Below are positions 37,245 to 46,071 of a stretch of DNA of 64,000 nt, piece by piece. Made by a program: the position numbers and the translations under genes. The stretch lies in the NCBI GenBank assembly GCA_040900055.1, contig JBBDZU010000002.1:18425-82424 (forward strand), in the 5' to 3' direction. The notes under the pieces were generated by a model, which saw only the letters and a list, made by a program, of their open reading frames with translations, had not been told where the DNA came from and did not search any database. Position 1 is the stretch's first letter, and each line of letters opens with the position of its first letter. Source of the DNA: Candidatus Saccharimonadales bacterium (GTDB taxonomy: Bacteria > Patescibacteriota > Saccharimonadia > Saccharimonadales > UBA10212).

Positions 37245-39008
37245 ATGGATGGCATCTTCCCGGGCTTAAGCCTAATAATCGTTATTGCCACTTTGACCGC
37301 CCTGCTAATGCGTCTAATCGGTCAGCCCCTAATTATCGGCCACATTATCACCGGTATTCTAGTTGGGCCGGCCATTTTACACTTAGCCAAGTCCGCCGAT
37401 ATTTTGACGGTCTTTTCCCAAATTGGTATCGCCTTATTGCTGTTCATTATTGGCCTAAGCTTAAACCCTCTCTTATTTAAGGAAATCGGTAAGGTGGCCG
37501 CGACAATTGCTTCAGCCCAGATTTTATTTATCGGTGTAGTCGGCTGGTTTCTTGGTAATCTCTTGGGCTTTAGCCAGATTGAATCGCTTTTTATTGGTGT
37601 GGCTTTGGTATTTTCTAGCACTATTATTGCCTTAAAGCTGCTGTCAGATAAAAAAGAACAGGCACGCTTGTATGGCAAGATAACAATTGGAATTTTGCTG
37701 TTTCAAGACGCCGTGGCGGCTATTGCCCTAATGCTGGTGGCTTCGGCTGGTGAGCACCAATCTATTGCTTTTACGCCCTTGGGGGGATTGCTTATTAAAG
37801 CTTTGGCTGTTGGCGCAGTGATGTATTACTTTGCTTCCAGATTTTTACCACGTTGGCAAAAATTGGTAGCGGGGAATCAGGAGTTTTTATTTTTGGCGGC
37901 CATTGGCTGGGGATTTGGCAGCGCCGCTTTGTTTGCCAAGCTTGGTTTATCTTTAGAAGTTGGTGCTCTTTTTGCCGGCATCTGTCTGGCGCCGCTTTTT
38001 TATGCCCAAGAAATTGCTGCCCGCCTGCGACCCCTTCGCGACTTCTTTATGATAGTCTTTTTTATAACTTTGGGGGCCGGTATCACTTTTAGCGGATTAT
38101 CCGAACTTTTGCCGGCCATCGTCATTGCCTCAGCAGTCGTGATATTGGCCAAGCCGTTGGTTGTTCTTTTAATAATGGGCTTTATGGGCTACACGCGCCG
38201 AACCAGCTTTAAAACAGCCGTTTCGCTAGCTCAACTTAGTGAATTTTCCATCATCTTTACGATTTTAGGTGTACGTGAAGGGCTAATTGGCCAGCAAATT
38301 GCCGTGATTATGACATTTACTGCTCTGATTTCTATTGCTGTATCGACGTATCTGATTATTTTTAGCGATAAACTCTTTAGCAAACTTGAAAAATATTTAC
38401 GGCTATTTGAACGGCGTACCGTGCACGCCGAACAGCCAGTCATGACAAGGCACGATTTAGTTTTGTTTGGCTACCAACGTGGTGGTCATGAGTTTGTTGA
38501 TCTTTTTAAGCAGCTTAAGAAAAGATATGTAGTGGTCGATTACGACCCGGAAGTTATCGATACCCTTGAGCAGCGCAAAATTAATTATATTTACGGCGAC
38601 GCTACCGATGCCGAACTTTTAGAAGAAGTTGGACTAGAAAAAGCACAGTTAATAGTTTCGACCATCCCGGAATTTGAGATAAACAGCTTCTTGCTTAGCT
38701 TCCTAAAGCATAAGAATCCGCGGGCAGTAGTAATTTTGCATTCCGACGACCCAGACGAAGCTGCCAAATTATATGAGGCTGGAGCAGATTATGTTGTTTT
38801 GCCTCATTACATTGGCAGCGAGAAGGTTAGTAGCTTTATTGGCAAATCCGGACTAACCAAAGAAGCTTTTAAAAAACAGCGTCAAAAACATTTAGAGTAT
38901 TTAGAGAAACATTACGGCTCTTTAGAAAAACTGGATCAATTGCATCGAAAAAAGCTCGGCCGAACAATTGTACAAAGCATGACTCAACTTGCTAAGCCTA
39001 AAGTTTAG
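37245..39008 (+). CDS. CPA2-family cation:proton antiporter with a C-terminal RCK/TrkA-N domain (Kef-like)
   Basis: 587 aa. A 12-13-TM Na_H_exchanger-type domain, then the Rossmann-like LVLFGYQRGGHEF and the YGDATD motif. Confidence 0.85.
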   Translation: MDGIFPGLSLIIVIATLTALLMRLIGQPLIIGHIITGILVGPAILHLAKSADILTVFSQIGIALLLFIIGLSLNPLLFKEIGKVAATIASAQILFIGVVGWFLGNLLGFSQIESLFIGVALVFSSTIIALKLLSDKKEQARLYGKITIGILLFQDAVAAIALMLVASAGEHQSIAFTPLGGLLIKALAVGAVMYYFASRFLPRWQKLVAGNQEFLFLAAIGWGFGSAALFAKLGLSLEVGALFAGICLAPLFYAQEIAARLRPLRDFFMIVFFITLGAGITFSGLSELLPAIVIASAVVILAKPLVVLLIMGFMGYTRRTSFKTAVSLAQLSEFSIIFTILGVREGLIGQQIAVIMTFTALISIAVSTYLIIFSDKLFSKLEKYLRLFERRTVHAEQPVMTRHDLVLFGYQRGGHEFVDLFKQLKKRYVVVDYDPEVIDTLEQRKINYIYGDATDAELLEEVGLEKAQLIVSTIPEFEINSFLLSFLKHKNPRAVVILHSDDPDEAAKLYEAGADYVVLPHYIGSEKVSSFIGKSGLTKEAFKKQRQKHLEYLEKHYGSLEKLDQLHRKKLGRTIVQSMTQLAKPKV

Positions 39009-40372
39009 GCTGCCTTCTTTGCTCCCTCCATTTCGTAGCGTTGCATATCCTGTTTTAGTGTCGCTATAAGAGTTTCGACGAAATCTGCTTGTTTTACTCT
39101 ATTGGTTTTTGGCTTAGGCTTACTTAAGCGTCGGCCGGTGCAGACTTCGACCCCATACCCACAATCACTACACGTAAGGATGCCGGCTTCCAGATTTTTT
39201 TTAGGGATTACAACTTTGCTTTTGCATTCCGGGCAGCTAACCTTTTTCCCTTCTAGTCGCTTTAATGATTCGAAGCCGGTTTGTATCGCCACTTGATTTT
39301 GTTTGTTACCTGGGTCTAATACATAACCGCACATATTAAAAACTTCACCGCTTGCCCGGGCCATACTGCCAGCGCTAGAAGCAGCCAATTCTATGTCAAA
39401 AATCGGCTCGGCAGTAACTTGCTTGAGACGTTCTTTTAGGAGAGCTACATGGTTATAAGCTAGCTGGTCAAACGCATCTTTATATTCTTTAAAGTTGGGA
39501 GCCGATTCTGCTATTTTTCTGTCCAAACCTAGAAGATTTTGGATAATGACTGTTTGAGATTGAACATACTGTTGGGTATCTTCAGCTTCACTGACTGGTC
39601 GCCCTTGCAGCCATTGGCCGCCTTTGCGTTCGCCTAAAAGCTTATCTGCATGTACTACCAATGAATCAGCCTGAGTTAGCCAAGAGTCGTCTTTAATTTT
39701 CATGTGCAGGCGCTCGCCTAGCATTTGCGTAGAGTTTTTAGATTTAAAATCGTAGCCTAAACTTCTTTGAGCCGTTTGGCTAAGAAGACTAATGTCACAG
39801 TTGTCGATAGAACGAGTAAACACATGGAGCCTAGCGCCGTCCCAGTGCGAGATTCTTATCATGGCTCTTTTCTGTTCGGGTTCTTGAGCGGCTTCTTTAA
39901 GTTTGTGTCTAGTTTGATCAGAATCGTATTCCTGGCTATATGGCGAAAAAGTCACGATAGTATTGAAACTGGCTTGCTCTCTTATCATCGCTTCTTGTTC
40001 TCTTAGTTCGTCTAGCTCATGGCGAGCCCGAGCTGGTAAAAATGGTGCAAAGAAATTGTCTTGGCTTGCTTTATAAATAGCATCGCGAAGACCATTTATT
40101 AATAAATCCTCAGTAGCCTGACCGTCTTCCGCTACAAGCTTGCTGTCGACCGGCTCAAAGGTATAGTGGGTCTTGACAATCCCCGGCAGGGCTTCAGCCA
40201 GGCCGCTTGTTATTTCATCGTAGCGGCGCTTCTCTAAGATCTGAAGCTCATCGCCAGCATTAGCTTTAAGACTAACTTCTCCGATTTTTCGAGCTAAGGC
40301 CTTATGCCGCAAAGCTTCATAATAGCGGCGCTCAAAGATCCGTTGATCATCTATTGTTAGTTCTGCCTGCAA
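39005..40372 (-). CDS. hypothetical soluble protein with a C-terminal zinc ribbon, downstream of a cobalamin-type riboswitch
   Basis: 455-aa ORF with no TM helix or signal peptide. C-terminal CPEC-x17-CSDC and a Lys-rich tail. The first in-frame start is TTG 40372, inside the terminator T-tract, so the start is uncertain. No family recognised. Confidence 0.6.
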   Translation of the reverse strand: MQAELTIDDQRIFERRYYEALRHKALARKIGEVSLKANAGDELQILEKRRYDEITSGLAEALPGIVKTHYTFEPVDSKLVAEDGQATEDLLINGLRDAIYKASQDNFFAPFLPARARHELDELREQEAMIREQASFNTIVTFSPYSQEYDSDQTRHKLKEAAQEPEQKRAMIRISHWDGARLHVFTRSIDNCDISLLSQTAQRSLGYDFKSKNSTQMLGERLHMKIKDDSWLTQADSLVVHADKLLGERKGGQWLQGRPVSEAEDTQQYVQSQTVIIQNLLGLDRKIAESAPNFKEYKDAFDQLAYNHVALLKERLKQVTAEPIFDIELAASSAGSMARASGEVFNMCGYVLDPGNKQNQVAIQTGFESLKRLEGKKVSCPECKSKVVIPKKNLEAGILTCSDCGYGVEVCTGRRLSKPKPKTNRVKQADFVETLIATLKQDMQRYEMEGAKKAA

Positions 40373-40398
40373 AAAATAACCCCTGCTCCAAGCAGGGG
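40371..40398 (-). terminator. intrinsic terminator (putative riboswitch expression platform)
   Basis: Minus strand reads CCCCTGCT-tgg-AGCAGGGG followed by TTATTTTTT. Confidence 0.8.
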
Positions 40399-40449
40399 TC
40401 AGTCCAATAGTTGGATGTCCAAGTATCTAAGCGATCCTGCTCGGGAGCT

Positions 40450-40548
40450 TTTATTTGGTTTTGCTGTGTCGGACTTCCCTGGGATGGGTTACCGTTGCGG
40501 CACAGTTCCGGATTTGCACCGGATTCCAGCAATCTAATTGTTAATAAA
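40450..40548 (-). promoter_or_regulatory. cobalamin-type riboswitch aptamer (compact form)
   Basis: The minus strand contains GGAATCCGGTGCAAATCCGGAACTGTGCCGCAACGGTAA...CCAGGGAAGTCC...CAGCAAAACC. Nested helices: TTTATT/AATAAA, TTGCTG/CAGCAA, CTGTG/CACAG, CCGG/CCGG, CCG/CGG. It matches the conserved cobalamin-riboswitch core as recalled from the btuB leader. No GCCACTG B12 box. Confidence 0.75.
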
Positions 40549-40574
40549 CCCAATATAACACGTCAGCTTTGGAC

Positions 40575-41048
40575 CTAGGTAGTGTTTTCTGCACTAAGTC
40601 TGCAGCTTATCATATAGTGTGCTACCCAGCACACCGTGCCAGCTAGAACAAAGCCAGCTACTACATCTACAAAATAATGCACGCCAGATGCCACTCTGAC
40701 CCAGCCAATCAAGATGGCCGCTACTGCCAAAACTGCTCCCAACCTTCGCCGGTAGGGCAAAATGCAAAATGCCAAGAAGGCCGCCAGTAAGGTATGGTCG
40801 GAAGGAAAGCCGTAGTCGTTAGAAGGGTAAAAAAGTGGAGTGGTACCTTCGCTAATATAGGGCCGGGGGCTGGCAACTTGAGCTTTTATTAATTGGGCCG
40901 CCAGGTAGCTAGTTAGGCCTGCCACAAGGAGCGTCAAAGTAAATTGTCGGCGTATTTTTTTGTCTTTAATTGTGTAAGCGACATATACAGCTACTGCGAT
41001 GGGTAGCAAGATTAAATATTTGGCTCCAAAAACAATCAGATTGTCCAT
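40575..41048 (-). CDS. PAP2-family phosphatase (undecaprenyl-diphosphatase-like)
   Basis: 157 aa, membrane protein. The three PAP2 motifs are KAQVASPRP, PSDH and SGVHYFVDV. Confidence 0.8.
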   Translation of the reverse strand: MDNLIVFGAKYLILLPIAVAVYVAYTIKDKKIRRQFTLTLLVAGLTSYLAAQLIKAQVASPRPYISEGTTPLFYPSNDYGFPSDHTLLAAFLAFCILPYRRRLGAVLAVAAILIGWVRVASGVHYFVDVVAGFVLAGTVCWVAHYMISCRLSAENTT

Positions 41049-41053
41049 GGCGA

Positions 41054-41329
41054 CTAGTCTGCACGTAGGCGAATGCTGCTTGCAATCATCCCTAAGTGAC
41101 GTAATCTCGTTGTTTCGGCTGCATTCATAGGAGGCTCAACTACCAGTTCAACATGAGGTCGACCACCAATCTCCCCAAAAACTATGGCTACATTCGATAT
41201 ATTATGATCTGATTCTAATAAATCTTGTCGGACCACATCATAAGAGCGTTCTAATTCGGCAGCTCCTCCCTGAATTGGGTAAAGATAGAAAGGGCTGGGC
41301 TCTTCTGGTTGAAAGGCAGGTTCAGACAT
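41054..41329 (-). CDS. hypothetical protein
   Basis: 91-aa ORF, 5 nt upstream of the PAP2 gene. No motif recognised. Confidence 0.45.
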   Translation of the reverse strand: MSEPAFQPEEPSPFYLYPIQGGAAELERSYDVVRQDLLESDHNISNVAIVFGEIGGRPHVELVVEPPMNAAETTRLRHLGMIASSIRLRAD

Positions 41330-41410
41330 TTGAGGCGATTTATCCGAGCCTAATTATCCTCGTTGCTAGAGTTTAACGCAAGCGCTATCTACTCAAGCTA
41401 TTTATGGAGA

Positions 41411-42667
41411 CTACCGCTCGTACATTTTCGCGGAACTTGTAAAGCCCGAAACTTGCGACAACGATTTGTTTGGGAAAGCTTCGAACTTTAATTTACGCGA
41501 GCTAATAAGCTCTGCTAACGCAGTGCCCTTTATAAAAGCACCCGGCCGCCCCTTAATGTCGATGTAGGGACGCATCCTATCCCACGACTGGTTCGTCGAG
41601 GTGCGGTAGTAATCGATCTCTACAAGTTCGTATTTGACCCTCTGGCCTGGACCGATTGTCGCCGGGTCCGGGGTATTGTCTTTTACGGCAAACTGCTGGG
41701 ATTGACCAGCATAATCACCAATTGAAATAACCAGCATCGTCGGATCTATGTAATCGTAAACCAAGGAAAGATGGGCTCGCCAAGGCGCGGAATTTGGACC
41801 ACTAGTCTCTCCAAATCCATTATTACCCTCTTTAAACCACGTTCCTACTAGCTTTCCGTCTTGATCGTAATCAATCTTTCCTTCCCGTGGTTCGACTTGA
41901 CGAGGATTCAAGGCTAGTAACTGCGAACGCACAGGTTCTTTAAAGTAAGGAAACGGGTTAACCACATGGAGTTTCCATGACTCTGCTAGGTAATGTTCGG
42001 GCACAATAAAGCCCGGCAAGATTTTAGTATAGTCATAGACTGCAAAATCAAGGGTTTGGCCACCGATCCGCCCTACCACTTCACCTTCCTTGACCTTTAT
42101 CTGGACGCTGGCAGAGCCTCCACCTTGCTTACGAGCATCAAATTCAGCTTTTAGTCTTGGTGAGAGGCTGGTGACTAGATCGTAGTAGCTGGCAAAATCG
42201 CAGGTGTACCAAAATTTCATTTGATATTCAGCCTCTTTAGGGCTGCCATTGTTAACGTCTGTGACGTTTTGCGTCCGTTCGCTAATGCTAGTTATAATCG
42301 CATCGGCCATAGCTCGTACTTCATACGTATCTCTAGGCGAGTCAAAAATAACTGGCGAAAAGTACATGTGGTCAATGGGAGTCACATGTGCCCCAATCAT
42401 TCCACCGTAGGGCAAGATTATACCCACATCTTTAGGATCCATCGGGCTTACTCCAAATTCCACTGGCCCGGATCCGGCGCAGCCTTGATTATCAACTCGT
42501 TCACCCTCAATTAAATTGAGGCCTTTTGTCTGAGCCCTGTCAAAAATCGGCACCCCGCCTTGTTTTTCCCAGACACGGTATCCAACAAATGCGATTGCTG
42601 CAAGCACAGCCACTATCAATAAAAGTAAAGAATGGGCGAAGCCATCTGACAGCTTCTGTTTATTCAT
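41411..42667 (-). CDS. membrane-anchored hypothetical protein (possible degenerate M23/LytM-like fold)
   Basis: 418 aa with an N-terminal TM anchor. VKEGEVVGRIGGQTLDFAVYD resembles the M23 G-x-x-G...HLHFE region but lacks the His residues. Confidence 0.4.
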   Translation of the reverse strand: MNKQKLSDGFAHSLLLLIVAVLAAIAFVGYRVWEKQGGVPIFDRAQTKGLNLIEGERVDNQGCAGSGPVEFGVSPMDPKDVGIILPYGGMIGAHVTPIDHMYFSPVIFDSPRDTYEVRAMADAIITSISERTQNVTDVNNGSPKEAEYQMKFWYTCDFASYYDLVTSLSPRLKAEFDARKQGGGSASVQIKVKEGEVVGRIGGQTLDFAVYDYTKILPGFIVPEHYLAESWKLHVVNPFPYFKEPVRSQLLALNPRQVEPREGKIDYDQDGKLVGTWFKEGNNGFGETSGPNSAPWRAHLSLVYDYIDPTMLVISIGDYAGQSQQFAVKDNTPDPATIGPGQRVKYELVEIDYYRTSTNQSWDRMRPYIDIKGRPGAFIKGTALAELISSRKLKFEAFPNKSLSQVSGFTSSAKMYER

Positions 42668-42714
42668 AGGGTTAGCATATCATTCTTATGCTTAGCTCTC
42701 ACTAGTGAATGTAC

Positions 42715-42945
42715 TTACCCTTTATATTTAAGCAAACGAAAGAGTCCTTTAGAGGGCTTGTAAACCTTATCGGGAAATTTTTCGATTAACTTCCAGACAC
42801 ATCCGTTGACCGTTTTTGGATGAAGGCTGGGATCCGATTTATTAATTTTTGCGAGCAACTCTGACCAACGTAGGCCCTCAGGATGCTCTTCGAGCAATGC
42901 AAGTGCTGTGGCGTTTATACGATGTGTAACTTTTGCGGATTGCAT
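42715..42945 (-). CDS. small winged-helix-like protein
   Basis: 76 aa. The pattern LLEEHPEGLRWSELLAKI...VNGCVWKLIEK resembles a winged-helix domain of the Mrr_N kind. Weak evidence. Confidence 0.35.
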   Translation of the reverse strand: MQSAKVTHRINATALALLEEHPEGLRWSELLAKINKSDPSLHPKTVNGCVWKLIEKFPDKVYKPSKGLFRLLKYKG

Positions 42946-42980
42946 ACAACCATCCTTGGCTCCGCTTGTCGGTCGAGAAC

Positions 42981-43208
42981 CTAGCCTTTATTTCTACTTG
43001 CTCTGAAGAATACTACTGTTGCTATTGCTGATCCAACAGTTAAAAGGATGAGTATCAATAGATGGAAATCATTTCGTACAAAATTCCCGTAATCATCAGT
43101 CTCGCCGATCATGCTGTATAAAAACGTACCCAGGGCGAAGTTTAAAGTGCCTATGAGACAAATTACAAATAACCATTTCATATTTAACTTCCATGTTCGA
43201 TTATACAA
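42981..43208 (-). CDS. small two-TM membrane protein
   Basis: 75-aa ORF with two clear hydrophobic helices. Confidence 0.4.
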   Translation of the reverse strand: MYNRTWKLNMKWLFVICLIGTLNFALGTFLYSMIGETDDYGNFVRNDFHLLILILLTVGSAIATVVFFRASRNKG

Positions 43209-43363
43209 CTTGTCTTAAAAGACATACTCCGAATAATAGCCAAGGAACACGGTTGGGCTCTTTGGGTGTCCATCTGGTTCCGGAGGCCGGATAGCGCTTC
43301 CCTCGCTTTGCTCGTCGCTTTTCCGCTGTGGCATGCTCTCCGCCAGCTGGCGGACTACTCCGT

Positions 43364-43471
43364 TTATTCGTAAATCCTGGCTCCAGAGGCCGGACTCGAA
43401 CCGGCAACCATCGCCTTAACAGGGCGCTGCTCTACCATTGAGCTACTCTGGATTACCGGATTTACGAATAA
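43364..43471. repeat. 14-nt perfect inverted repeat bracketing tRNA-Asn
   Basis: TTATTCGTAAATCC (43364-43377) abuts the tRNA 3' end. GGATTTACGAATAA (43458-43471) lies 5 nt beyond the tRNA 5' end. Confidence 0.85.
43378..43452 (-). tRNA. tRNA-Asn (anticodon GTT)
   Basis: Reverse complement TCCAGAGTAGCTCAATGGTAGAGCAGCGCCCTGTTAAGGCGATGGTTGCCGGTTCGAGTCCGGCCTCTGGAGCCA. Full cloverleaf, anticodon loop CTGTTAA, encoded CCA. Confidence 0.9.
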
Positions 43472-43519
43472 TGCTTCTTATGAACTTTCGACCTCTTTAA
43501 CAGATATATTATAGCGGCT

Positions 43520-46048
43520 TTAAGCTGGTATCAAAGATTGGTCTGCTGTTGGCTGAGCTTTTTGCTGCTTTTGCAGTTTATGAAGCTCTGAAGCCAGCAG
43601 AACTAGAATCGCAATTGTGGCCATACCAGCAAACAAGTGTGAAGCGGCAACATCGACTATACCAAATACTTGGCGAAGCGGTCCGAATAATACCACCGCT
43701 TGTAATGTCATGGCGATGGCCAAGCCAAAATAAAGCTTTAGGTTCGGTACTTTTAACCGCACCACTGCCGACAATCGCTCGGAGCGGGCATTAAAGGCGT
43801 TCATCCATTGACCTGCTACCAACATGGCAAAAGCTACTGTTTGGGCATATTCCAAAGAATAACCTGTGTTGATTAGGGCACCAAATGTCAGAAGCGTAGG
43901 AATGGCCATGGCCAAACCCACTAAGACAGTACGGGTTAAAATTACTTTGTCTAAGATTGGTGCTCTCGGCTGTCTTGGGGGCTGGCGCATATGATCTTCT
44001 TCCGGTGGTTCCAGGCCAAGTGGTATTACCAAGGCAGTATCGGTGACCAGATTAATCCAAAGGATCATTATGGCAGTCACCGGCAATGGCAGCCCTAAAA
44101 TAAGCGCACCTATCATGGTAATAACTTCACCAAGCGTAGTCGACAAGAGATAAAACAGTATACGGCGGATATTATCGTAAATCGCCCTACCTTCGCTGAT
44201 AGCTTTAACTATTGACGCAAAGCTGTTGTCCAATAAAACCATATCGCCGGCATCTTTAGCTATATCGTTCCCCGAACCCATGGCTATACCAACATGGGCT
44301 CCAGTTAGCGCCGGCACGTCGTTAACTCCATCACCGGTCATGGCCGTTATCTCGTTACGTTTCAGGGCTCGCAAAATAGTCAATTTTTGGCCAGGCAAAA
44401 TACGGGCAAAAACGGATTTAGATTTAAGCAGAGGCACAATCTCCTCCTCGCTGGCTGGTAAGTCACGCCCGCTTATAACCTCATCTCGGCTGGCACATAT
44501 CCCAAGCGTTTTGCCAATATGGAAAGCCGTCTCGTAGTGGTCGCCTGTTATCATTTTTACCGAAATACCGGCGTTTTTAGCAGCAGCAATGGCCTGGGCT
44601 GATTCCGGCCTAAGCTCGTCTGCAAAGGCCAAAAAGCCTAAAAATTCATAAGTTGCAGCCCCAACTTTGCTAAGGTCTTTGGGCTCTAAAGCCAGACTCG
44701 CGCGGGCAAGTGCTATTACTCGAAAACCTTCAGAAACTAAACTGTATAGCTGGCTCTCTGCTTGCCCCTTTAAATGGTCCGGCAACTGGCAAAGATTTAG
44801 TAGGTGTTCTGGGGCGCCTTTGACATATAAAAATTTACCTTGCTCTTCTTGCCAGAGTGCTCCGCTCATCCGTAGCGCCTGGTTAAAGGGGTAGGTTTTG
44901 AGCAGTTGGCCTCCTGCTGGGATTTGGGCACTAAAAGCTTGTAAGGCTTGATCGAATGGCTCCATAACATTTTCGGTGCTACCAAGGGTTCTACGCGCCG
45001 CCACTTTAAGGTCCGCTTGCTTGTCAGGCGCCCAGTGCCCAACAACCTTCAACATATTTTTAGTTAAGGTCCCGGTTTTATCGACAGCAATAACCGTTGT
45101 TAACCCCAAGTCCTCAATAGTTGACATGGACCTAACCAGGGCGTTCTTTTTGGCCATCCTGCGCATGCCTAATACCGCCACTACTGTTAGGGCAATCGGC
45201 AAGTCTTCTGGCACAGCCGCTACTGCCATGGCCATAACAAAACGTAACGCTTCAGCCGTAGGGATATCCCTTATTAAGCTTAAGACGAAGACCACTATAG
45301 CTACCGCGGCTAGTACTTTTATTAGCCTGCCCACAATAAAATCGATTTTCTGCTGCATAGGACTCTTAGGCTGCACGCGCACTGCTTGCCTAGCAATTAC
45401 GCCAAATTCTGTATGACCGCCAGTAGCCACAATAAGGGCCGAGCTACTACCAGCAGTTACGTATGTCCCAGAAAAAACCATATTTCTACGTTCATATAAC
45501 TGTCTATGAATAGCCTCAGTTGAGACCACTTTTTTAACGGGCAAAGACTCGCCTGTCAGGGCAGCCTCGTCAATATATAAATTGTCTTCGTGAAGTATCC
45601 GGGCATCGGCCGGTATACGCTGCCCCTCCGATAACAATATGACATCGCCTGGCACCAATATGTGGGATGCTAAATTAACTGCCTGGCCATCGCGTAGTAC
45701 CTGAACGTATTGCTGGTTATGCCGCTTTAAGCTTTTTAAGACTCGGTTCGTAGCGTGCTGCTGGCTATAGTAAATAAAGGTATTGACGGCGATAATGGCG
45801 GTGATAACCGTGCCATCCAATGGTTCATGGCTGACGAAGCTAATGGCTGCCGCAACGAGCAGGATAACAACAAAAAGGCTACGGAAGGGATCTAAAATCT
45901 TCCGCCAAAGTGGCTGCCCTTTTACTTCAATTTCGTTATAGCCATAGCTTTGCAATCGGCGCTGGGCTTCGCTACTAGTCAGCCCTTTGGGGCTGGATCC
46001 CAATAGTGTCATCAGTTCATCCAACTTTAAAGAATGCCAGGCATGCAT
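43520..46048 (-). CDS. P-type cation-transporting ATPase (P2-like, Ca2+/Mg2+ type)
   Basis: 842 aa. Phosphorylation site DKTGTLT, hinge TGDGVNDVPAL, M4 motif PEDLP, and an N-terminal cation-ATPase domain. Confidence 0.92.
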   Translation of the reverse strand: MHAWHSLKLDELMTLLGSSPKGLTSSEAQRRLQSYGYNEIEVKGQPLWRKILDPFRSLFVVILLVAAAISFVSHEPLDGTVITAIIAVNTFIYYSQQHATNRVLKSLKRHNQQYVQVLRDGQAVNLASHILVPGDVILLSEGQRIPADARILHEDNLYIDEAALTGESLPVKKVVSTEAIHRQLYERRNMVFSGTYVTAGSSSALIVATGGHTEFGVIARQAVRVQPKSPMQQKIDFIVGRLIKVLAAVAIVVFVLSLIRDIPTAEALRFVMAMAVAAVPEDLPIALTVVAVLGMRRMAKKNALVRSMSTIEDLGLTTVIAVDKTGTLTKNMLKVVGHWAPDKQADLKVAARRTLGSTENVMEPFDQALQAFSAQIPAGGQLLKTYPFNQALRMSGALWQEEQGKFLYVKGAPEHLLNLCQLPDHLKGQAESQLYSLVSEGFRVIALARASLALEPKDLSKVGAATYEFLGFLAFADELRPESAQAIAAAKNAGISVKMITGDHYETAFHIGKTLGICASRDEVISGRDLPASEEEIVPLLKSKSVFARILPGQKLTILRALKRNEITAMTGDGVNDVPALTGAHVGIAMGSGNDIAKDAGDMVLLDNSFASIVKAISEGRAIYDNIRRILFYLLSTTLGEVITMIGALILGLPLPVTAIMILWINLVTDTALVIPLGLEPPEEDHMRQPPRQPRAPILDKVILTRTVLVGLAMAIPTLLTFGALINTGYSLEYAQTVAFAMLVAGQWMNAFNARSERLSAVVRLKVPNLKLYFGLAIAMTLQAVVLFGPLRQVFGIVDVAASHLFAGMATIAILVLLASELHKLQKQQKAQPTADQSLIPA

Positions 46049-46071
46049 AAGCCTATTATAGATTAGCGCTT

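Noticed and set aside
40347-40553. 68-aa minus-strand ORF
   Set aside because: It is entirely contained in the cobalamin-type riboswitch and terminator region.
43201-43407. 68-aa minus-strand ORF
   Set aside because: It starts inside tRNA-Asn and has an Arg/Pro-rich shadow composition. I also checked the underlying 169-nt gap by eye for SRP RNA, tmRNA or RNase P signatures and found none.
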